This document shows positions 57,858 to 64,000 of a stretch of DNA of 64,000 nt, piece after piece; the stretch's first letter is position 1; each line of letters begins with the position of its first letter. A program made the translations under genes and the position numbers. The DNA is from Dehalococcoidia bacterium (GTDB taxonomy: Bacteria; Chloroflexota; Dehalococcoidia; Bin125), in assembly GCA_022825265.1 (NCBI GenBank), contig JAJDXE010000004.1, forward strand, positions 42,343 through 106,342, given 5' to 3'. The notes beneath the pieces are model-generated. The model ran no database searches and had not been told where the DNA came from. It was given only the letters and a program-made list of their open reading frames with translations.

Positions 57858-58760
57858 ATGTCCGGTCGAGTCGCAGACGTCCCCTTCGAGGAAGAGAGCG
57901 ATCGCTTTCACTTCCTGCGCAGCGTCGGCTCCGAGCTGCGCGCTGTCGCCCGCGAGCCTCGAGGAGGACTCGCGCTCAGCGTGCTCGCCGTCCTGCTCTT
58001 CTTCGCCTTCATCTTCCCGGTGCTGGACCCGACAGATCCGAACAAACCCGGCGATACGCCAAAGAACGGCGGCATCACCTGGGATGCGCCGATGGGCACC
58101 GATCACATTTCGCGTGATCTGCTGGCCAGAAACTCGATTGGCCTGGGTCGCACGATCAAGCACGGCTTCGCGGCCGTCATGGTCGGCTGGCTGGTCGGCA
58201 TCACGATCGGCTACACCGCCGGTTGGCGCGGAGGACGCACCGACACCCTGATCATGAGAGGAGTCGACGTCCTCCTCGCCTTCCCCGGGATCGTCTTCGC
58301 GATCCTGCTGATCACGATCATGGGCTCCGGCATCTTCAGCGTCGCCGTCGCGATCGCCTTCTTCAACATCCCCGGTTCAGCCCGCCTGGCCCGCGCCGGA
58401 GTGCTGCGTGAACGAGAGCGCGACTACATCCTCGCCGGACGCTGCCTCGGTCTCTCCGGACGGCGAATCCTCTTCCGCCACGTCGCGCCAAACACCTTCG
58501 GAGCCTTCACGGTCCAGGTCCCCCTCGCGATCGTTGCCTCCGTGCTCATCATGGCCGCGCTCAACTTCCTCGGCCTGGGCGCTGAACTGCCCGACCCCAC
58601 GCTCGGCGCAATCATGCAGGAAGGCCGGCCCTTCATGCGCGACGCCCCGCACTTCGTACTAGGACCAGTCGTGATCCTCGCCCTCATGCTGACCGCCCTC
58701 AACTTCCTCAGCGACGTCCTCACCGAACGCCTCGATCCCGTCCGACGCCGCCGCGTGTAG
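57858..58760 (+). CDS. ABC transporter permease (DppC-like).
   Basis: 300 aa, with ...AGRCLGLSGRRILFRHVAPN. Confidence 0.85.
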   Translation: MSGRVADVPFEEESDRFHFLRSVGSELRAVAREPRGGLALSVLAVLLFFAFIFPVLDPTDPNKPGDTPKNGGITWDAPMGTDHISRDLLARNSIGLGRTIKHGFAAVMVGWLVGITIGYTAGWRGGRTDTLIMRGVDVLLAFPGIVFAILLITIMGSGIFSVAVAIAFFNIPGSARLARAGVLRERERDYILAGRCLGLSGRRILFRHVAPNTFGAFTVQVPLAIVASVLIMAALNFLGLGAELPDPTLGAIMQEGRPFMRDAPHFVLGPVVILALMLTALNFLSDVLTERLDPVRRRRV

Positions 58761-58807
58761 CATCACACACATGGTGAAGGTCGTCGGTTGCCGTTGCGAG
58801 TAGCGAC

Positions 58808-59119
58808 ATGGTGATTCCGCTGGTCGAAGAGCGTACGGATGAGATTGTCCGGCTCTGCCGACGCCACCAGGTGCAACGGTTGTGGGTCTTCGGCTCGGCG
58901 GCGAGCGGCGCATGGGATCCGAAGTCCAGCGACCTCGATTTCTTGGTCCGATTCAACCCTGAGGCGCAGGTGACCTACGTCGGCGAGTTCGCCCGTCTAC
59001 AGACAGGTTTGAGCGAACTGTTCGGCCGTCCGGTCGATCTGATCATCGACCGGGAATTCAGCAATCCGGAGTTCCGCGCCTCGATTGAGCAGACTCGGAC
59101 GCCCTTGTATGAATCCTAG
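58808..59119 (+). CDS. Nucleotidyltransferase-domain antitoxin (MntA-like) of a HepT/MNT pair.
   Basis: GS motif (VFGSAASGAWDPKSSDLD) of minimal nucleotidyltransferases. 103 aa. Confidence 0.7.
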   Translation: MVIPLVEERTDEIVRLCRRHQVQRLWVFGSAASGAWDPKSSDLDFLVRFNPEAQVTYVGEFARLQTGLSELFGRPVDLIIDREFSNPEFRASIEQTRTPLYES

Positions 59120-59450
59120 ATCCCGCTCTTACCTGAGGGACGCGCGCGACAACGGGACGCTCATTCTGAATTCGGTCGCGCAGCGGACCCTGGCCGACTA
59201 CGAATCCGATGTCAGGCTCCGTCATCAAGTCGAGCGGGAATTCATGATCATTGGCGAGGCGCTCGATCGGCTCGACAGATTGGAGCCGGAACTGGCAGCC
59301 CGGATCACCGATTTCCGGGGATACATCGGACTTCGAAACGTACTGAATCACGGATACTCGGACGTCGATCATCCAACCATGTGGCGCACGATCGAGATCG
59401 AACTTCCCATCCTGATTCGGGAGATTGACGGCCTGCTGGCTGAGGTGTGA
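59109..59450 (+). CDS. HepT-like (DUF86) RNase toxin.
   Basis: Rx4HxY motif (RNVLNHGY). The start ATG at 59109 overlaps the MNT stop by 11 nt. 113 aa. Confidence 0.7.
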   Translation: MNPRSRSYLRDARDNGTLILNSVAQRTLADYESDVRLRHQVEREFMIIGEALDRLDRLEPELAARITDFRGYIGLRNVLNHGYSDVDHPTMWRTIEIELPILIREIDGLLAEV

Positions 59451-59523
59451 TTCGCCGCCGCGTCTGACTCGCCTCTACCCTGTTCCGCGAACCGCAACTG
59501 AATCCCAACCAAGGAGACGACCT

Positions 59524-60327
59524 ATGGCCGTGCTTGCCAACACCTTCCGCGAAAAACTCGACGCCGGCGAACCGACGATCGGCACCCACTTCCTCTTCAA
59601 CGACCCCGACATCGCCGAGCTGATCGGCGACACCGGCCAGTTCGACTACGGCGAGTACGTCGCCGAGTATTCGACCTTCGACATGAAGACGCTCTATCAC
59701 CTCGCCCGAGCGGCGCAGTGCGGCAACCTGCCCCTGATGATCAAGCTCGACCAGGCCAACCAGACCTTCTGGGCCCAGGCTGCCCTCGGGGCCGGCTTCA
59801 AGTCGATGCTCTACACCGACATCCGCACGCCCGAGGACGTTGACCTCGCCATGCAGGCGATCCGCCCCGACAAGCCGGGCACGCTCGGTGAACTGGGCGG
59901 ACACATGGGCGTCAAGACCCGACGCCCTGCCCTCGCCGGTTACGCCGCCGGCGACTATGGCGCCGACCTCGACGGCATCGTCACCGTGATCATGATCGAG
60001 AAGCGCGTCGCCCTCGACGACATCGACGCCATCCTCGAACGCGCCGCCGAACTCGGCGTCGACATGACTCAGTGGGGACCCAGCGACTACGGCTTCTCCT
60101 TCGACCAGCGACCCAACCCCGAGGAGATTCGCGAGGCGGAGGAGAAGGTCATCGCCAAGTCGCTGGAGTACAACGTCGCTCCGCGGATCGAGATCGGCGC
60201 CGTCGAGCAGGCGCAACGCTACCTCGACCTCGGCGTCAAGCACTTCTGCATCGGCTGGGACCGCTTCCTGCTCAACCAGGGCTATACGGAGCTCGGCCGC
60301 GGCCTGCGCGAACTCATGGATTCCTAG
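59524..60327 (+). CDS. HpcH/HpaI-family aldolase/citrate-lyase-beta-like protein.
   Basis: 267 aa TIM-barrel pattern (…VIMIEK…, …WGPSDY…). The ATG at 59524 has a strong RBS (AAGGAGACG). The longer track ORF from 59425 is rejected. Confidence 0.6.
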   Translation: MAVLANTFREKLDAGEPTIGTHFLFNDPDIAELIGDTGQFDYGEYVAEYSTFDMKTLYHLARAAQCGNLPLMIKLDQANQTFWAQAALGAGFKSMLYTDIRTPEDVDLAMQAIRPDKPGTLGELGGHMGVKTRRPALAGYAAGDYGADLDGIVTVIMIEKRVALDDIDAILERAAELGVDMTQWGPSDYGFSFDQRPNPEEIREAEEKVIAKSLEYNVAPRIEIGAVEQAQRYLDLGVKHFCIGWDRFLLNQGYTELGRGLRELMDS

Positions 60328-60340
60328 GAAGACACTCATC

Positions 60341-61360
60341 ATGGTCACCAACAACTTCGACTGGCTCGCCACCAACCAGGAGCCCGCCGTCGACCCCGAC
60401 CAGAAAATCATCGACCCCCACCACCACCTCTGGGACGCACGCCCTGACGGTCCGCGCCTGCGCTACTTCCTCGATGAGCTGCTGGAGGACACGAAGGACC
60501 TCAACGTTCGCCAGACGGTCTTCATCGAGTGCGGCGCGATGTACAACGCCGACGCCCCAACCGCCATGGCGCCCGTCGGCGAGACCGAGTACGTCGCCGG
60601 AGTCTCGGCCCAGAGCGCCAGCGGTCTCTACGGAGAGATCCGCGCCTGCGCAGGCATCGTCAGCCACGCCGACCTGCTGCTGGGCGCCGCCGTCGGCGAG
60701 GTGCTGGACGCCCACATGGCGACCAGCGACCGCTTCCGCGGCATCCGGCACCACGCCAGCTGGGATGCCTCACCCGACGTGCCCAACTCGCGCATCGTCG
60801 AGATCCCGCACATCTACATGAACGAGGCCTACCGCGAAGGCTTCGCCGAGCTTGGCAAGCGCGGCCTCAGTTTCGAGGCCTGGCTCTACCACCCGCAGAT
60901 CCCCGAGCTCACCGATCTCGCCCGCGCCTTTCCCGACACCACGATCATCCTTAATCACCTCGGCGGACCGCTGGGCGTGGGACCGTACGCCGGCAAGCAC
61001 GACGAGTATTTCCCCGACTGGCGCGACTCGATCTCCGAGTTGGCCACCTGCGAGAACGTCGTCGCCAAAGTCGGCGGAATCCAGATGGTTGTCAACGGCT
61101 TCGGCTGGGAACAGATGGAGCGCGCGCCGTCGTCGGACGAGTTGCTAGCGGTCAACCGCCGCTGGTACGAGCACATGATCCAATCGTTCGGTCCCGACCG
61201 CTGCATGTTCGAGAGCAACTTCCCGGTCGACAAGGTCTGCTGCAGCTACACGAACATGTACAACCAGTTCTTCAAGCTCGTCGCCGACTACCCCCAGGAC
61301 GAAAAGGATCAAATGTTTCACGACACCGCCCAGCGCGTGTATCGGCTCGAGCCCCACTAA
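60341..61360 (+). CDS. Amidohydrolase-2 family protein.
   Basis: N-terminal metal-binding IIDPHHHLWD, then ...LNHLGGP..., then C-terminal ...MFESNFPVDK. Confidence 0.7.
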   Translation: MVTNNFDWLATNQEPAVDPDQKIIDPHHHLWDARPDGPRLRYFLDELLEDTKDLNVRQTVFIECGAMYNADAPTAMAPVGETEYVAGVSAQSASGLYGEIRACAGIVSHADLLLGAAVGEVLDAHMATSDRFRGIRHHASWDASPDVPNSRIVEIPHIYMNEAYREGFAELGKRGLSFEAWLYHPQIPELTDLARAFPDTTIILNHLGGPLGVGPYAGKHDEYFPDWRDSISELATCENVVAKVGGIQMVVNGFGWEQMERAPSSDELLAVNRRWYEHMIQSFGPDRCMFESNFPVDKVCCSYTNMYNQFFKLVADYPQDEKDQMFHDTAQRVYRLEPH

Positions 61361-61369
61361 GCGGGTAGG

Positions 61370-61451
61370 CCCTCACCCCAGCCCTCTCCCTCGGAGAAGG
61401 CACGCTCCCCTTCCGATCCCCTCTCCCTCTGGGAGAGGGCTAGGGTGAGGG
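61370..61451. repeat. REP-like nested inverted repeat with 21-bp arms (ccctcaccccagccctctccc / gggagagggctagggtgaggg, one mismatch) enclosing ccctctccc-tct-gggagaggg.
   Basis: Direct read. It lies between the amidohydrolase and dehydrogenase genes and is probably also a terminator. Confidence 0.55.
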
Positions 61452-61504
61452 TCCCGCCCTGTCCTACCATTCAGCCAACAACCCAAAACCGAAAGCGTCA
61501 ACCC

Positions 61505-62464
61505 ATGCCGACCATCGTCCAGGCCGTACCGATTGAAGACGAACTCCACGACATGCTCGCCGAAGCCGGCGATGTCCGCGTCGTCGACGGACGAGACCGC
61601 GGCGCGTTCATTGAGGCCGTCAAGGACGCCGACGGCGTGCTGGGCAACCCGCTGATCAAGATCGACCAGCAGGTCGTTGACCTCGCCCCCAACCTCAAGG
61701 TCGTCGCCACCACCTCGGTCGGCTTCGACGCTTTCGATGTCCCCTTCCTGACCAGTAACGGCATCGCCCTCTGCAACACGCCAGGCGTGCTCAGTGCCGC
61801 CGTCGCCGACCTGACGATGGCCTTCCTGCTCATGCTCTCCAGGCACCTGATGGAGTTCGAGGCCTACAACCGCTCGGGCGGCTGGGGACGCCGCGAGCCG
61901 TATCCCGGGCTCGCCAATGACCCACTGGGCAAGACGATCGGCATCGTCGGCTTCGGCCGAATCGGACAGGAAGTCGCCCGCCGAGCCAACTTCGCCGGCA
62001 TGAAGGTCATCTGGTACGACATCTACGACAACCCGCCCGCAGACGCACCACCGGCCGAGAAGCGAACCCTCGACGAACTACTCGCCGAGTCCGACTTCGT
62101 CAGCGTCCACACCGACCTCAACCAGTCCTCACGCCACATGATCGGTGCCCGCGAGATCGCGCTGATGAAGCCAACCGCCTACCTGATCAACACCTCGCGA
62201 GGCCCAGCCGTCGACCAGAAGGCCCTCCACGACGCCCTGGTCGCCAACCAGATCGCCGGTGCCGGCCTCGACGTCCTCGAAGACGAGCCACCTGACCCCG
62301 ACGAGCCAATCGTCAAGCTGCCCAACGTGATCACATTCCCCCACATTGGAACCGCCACCGAGGAAACTCGCTACGCCATGCGAGCCCTGGCAACCCGAAA
62401 CGTCGTCAACGTCGTCACCGGCCAAACCCCCGAAGCAATCGTCAACCCCGAGGTGCTCGGCTAA
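61505..62464 (+). CDS. D-2-hydroxyacid dehydrogenase / glyoxylate-hydroxypyruvate reductase family protein.
   Basis: GIVGFGRIGQEVARRA NAD motif and the catalytic ...SVHTDL...R...E...H... pattern. Start refined to 61505. The track extension upstream is a translation of the REP element. Confidence 0.8.
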   Translation: MPTIVQAVPIEDELHDMLAEAGDVRVVDGRDRGAFIEAVKDADGVLGNPLIKIDQQVVDLAPNLKVVATTSVGFDAFDVPFLTSNGIALCNTPGVLSAAVADLTMAFLLMLSRHLMEFEAYNRSGGWGRREPYPGLANDPLGKTIGIVGFGRIGQEVARRANFAGMKVIWYDIYDNPPADAPPAEKRTLDELLAESDFVSVHTDLNQSSRHMIGAREIALMKPTAYLINTSRGPAVDQKALHDALVANQIAGAGLDVLEDEPPDPDEPIVKLPNVITFPHIGTATEETRYAMRALATRNVVNVVTGQTPEAIVNPEVLG

Positions 62465-62544
62465 ACGCGTATCGGATCGTCGAGGTGCCGCGACGCTATC
62501 CTCAATCCCGTACGACCCCCATCACCGATAGATCGGACTGAACC

Positions 62545-63798
62545 ATGTCCTGGCGACCCAAGCGCATGAAATTCGGACTATTCCTCGCTCCATTCCACTC
62601 CGTCGGCGAACACCCGACCCTCGCCCTTCAGCGCGACGTGGAGCTGATCGAGCACCTCGACGACCTCGGCTACGACGAAGCCTGGATCGGCGAGCACCAC
62701 TCGTTCGCTCGCGAGATCATCTCCAACCCGATGATCTTCATCGCCGCCCTGGCTGAGCGAACCAAGCACATCAAGCTCGGCACCGGCGTCGTCTCCCTGC
62801 CCTACCACAATCCGCTGATGATCGCCGACGACCTGCTCCAGCTCGACCACATGACTCGCGGTCGCGTGATGCTCGGAGTTGGACCCGGCGCGCTCACCTC
62901 CGACGCCGTGCAGATGGGCATCGAGCCAACCACCCAGCGCCAGCGCATGGCCGAGGCATTCGACGCCATCGTCCAGCTCGCCCGGGACGAAGAGCCGGTC
63001 TCGATCGAGACCGACTGGTTCTCCTTGACCGAGGCTCGCCTGCAGATGGCCTGGTACTCCGATCCGCATCCCGAGCTCGCCGTCGCCGTCATCCTCACCC
63101 CGTCCGGACCGCAACTTGCCGGCAAGCACGGCGCCAGCCTGCTCTCCGTCGCCGGCGCCGACTCCGATGGCATGAAGCAGGTCTGGGACTGGTACGAAGA
63201 AGCCGCAACCGAGAACGGCCACGAGGTATCGCGCAAGAACTGGCGCGTCGTCACCGCGATCCACATCGCCGAGACCCGCGCCCAGGCGATCGATGATGTC
63301 CGCGCTGGATTCCTCAAGCGCGCCTACGTCGGCGACGTCCGCGATCCCGGCCGCCGCGGCGGCATCGCGCTGCAGATGGCCGACACGATCGAGGAAGCGA
63401 TCGACAAGAATATGGTCATCGTCGGCTCGCCCGACGACGCCGTCGACCAGATCGAGGCCATGCACGACCGCTCCGGCGGCATCGGCGGACTCCTCGGCAT
63501 GCACCACGAGTGGGCCTCGACCGACGCCACCAAGCGCAGCTTCGAGTTACTCATGCGCTACGTCGCCCCGAGGTACCAGGGACAGCTCGACCGCCTTGTC
63601 GCCTCCCGCGACTTCGTCGAAGATCGCCAGCTCGACATCTTCGGCGCCGGTCAGAAAGCAATGGCCAAAGCCTTCGCCGACGCCGGCAAGGACCTGCCCG
63701 AAGCCTTCCAGCAAGCCATCGCCGCGCGTGCCGAAGAAACCAACGGAGCCAGCGCCCCCTCCGAAGCCGAAGCTGAGGCCGAACCCGTCGCCGACTAG
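62545..63798 (+). CDS. LLM-class flavin-dependent oxidoreductase.
   Basis: 417 aa. MKFGLFLAPFH...GYDEAWIGEHH is the classic luciferase-like N-terminus. Confidence 0.75.
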   Translation: MSWRPKRMKFGLFLAPFHSVGEHPTLALQRDVELIEHLDDLGYDEAWIGEHHSFAREIISNPMIFIAALAERTKHIKLGTGVVSLPYHNPLMIADDLLQLDHMTRGRVMLGVGPGALTSDAVQMGIEPTTQRQRMAEAFDAIVQLARDEEPVSIETDWFSLTEARLQMAWYSDPHPELAVAVILTPSGPQLAGKHGASLLSVAGADSDGMKQVWDWYEEAATENGHEVSRKNWRVVTAIHIAETRAQAIDDVRAGFLKRAYVGDVRDPGRRGGIALQMADTIEEAIDKNMVIVGSPDDAVDQIEAMHDRSGGIGGLLGMHHEWASTDATKRSFELLMRYVAPRYQGQLDRLVASRDFVEDRQLDIFGAGQKAMAKAFADAGKDLPEAFQQAIAARAEETNGASAPSEAEAEAEPVAD

Positions 63799-63802
63799 CA
63801 GC

Positions 63803-63928
63803 CTGCTCTCCCCTCTAGGGGAGTTTCCCTAGCTATCCTCTCCCCCCTTGGGGGAGAGGACCCGACCATCCCCTTTTCTCCCCCCTTTGGGGGGGAGATG
63901 CCGCAGGCAGAGGGGGGCTCCCGGGCCT
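63803..63928. repeat. Cluster of three or four REP-like hairpins (ctcccc-tcta-ggggag, tctcccccc-ttg-gggggagagg, tctcccccc-ttt-gggggggaga, gaggggggctccc).
   Basis: Direct read, downstream of the LLM gene stop. Confidence 0.55.
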
Positions 63929-63932
63929 AAAC

Positions 63933-64000
63933 ATGCAAGCCGTTGTCGCCCTCGCCGGCGAGATCCACGACTCCCCACTCGTCCGCAGCGCGCTCAACGG
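63933..64000 (+). CDS. Possible 5' end of a further gene (MQAVVALAGEIHDSPLVRSALN...), truncated by the window edge.
   Basis: ATG at 63933 in an open frame to the window end. No other evidence. Confidence 0.15.
   Translation, partial: MQAVVALAGEIHDSPLVRSALN

Noticed and set aside
61445-61504. Long N-terminal extensions in the track ORFs.
   Set aside because: The extensions at 61445..61504, 59425..59523, 24234..24443, 31783..31863 and 4444..4485 translate intergenic or REP DNA, or overlap the upstream gene. Downstream ATGs with good Shine-Dalgarno sequences and homology-consistent N-termini were chosen instead.
1-64000. CRISPR arrays, cas genes, restriction-modification, transposases or phage genes.
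   Set aside because: No regularly spaced direct repeats were seen. The repeats present are palindromic REP-like units, not CRISPR repeats. No ORF matches Cas, RM, integrase or transposase families. The only defence-type module is the HepT/MNT pair.

Overview
This window is a high-GC (about 68%) bacterial chromosomal segment. The codon usage, F420-type enzymes and lipoproteins with Tat/lipobox signals suggest a Chloroflexota- or Actinomycetota-like organism, but that is an inference. The first ~21 kb is mostly housekeeping: a DegV-family 3' end overlapping recG (TGATG), argS-trpS, an F420-type nitroreductase, an acyl-CoA carboxylase carboxyltransferase, UbiA, SPFH, aminotransferase plus Lrp, gatC-gatA, PBP1A and tRNA-Gly(CCC). 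The remaining ~43 kb is a dense metabolic/accessory region. It contains tandem enoyl-CoA hydratase paralogs, an epoxide-hydrolase-like alpha/beta hydrolase, tandem F420-type LLM oxidoreductases and a sulfatase. It also holds two paralogous peptide-type ABC importers (SBP plus two permeases each, with no ATPase genes). A CoA-centred cluster carries a stand-alone carboxyltransferase, one single-domain and two duplicated-domain (~810-840 aa) CaiB/BaiF family-III CoA-transferases, two dehydrogenases and an enoyl-CoA hydratase. Downstream are a DUF1800-DUF1501-NHL trio, a flavin-dependent-halogenase-like protein with a C-terminal SEC-C motif, a HepT/MNT toxin-antitoxin pair, and an HpcH-aldolase / amidohydrolase-2 / 2-hydroxyacid-DH / LLM set. 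A family of GC-rich REP-like palindromic elements (core CTCCCCCCTCTGGGGGGAG) occupies at least six sites, and one copy is translated in-frame inside the linker of a duplicated CoA-transferase. I found no CRISPR array, integrase or transposase.
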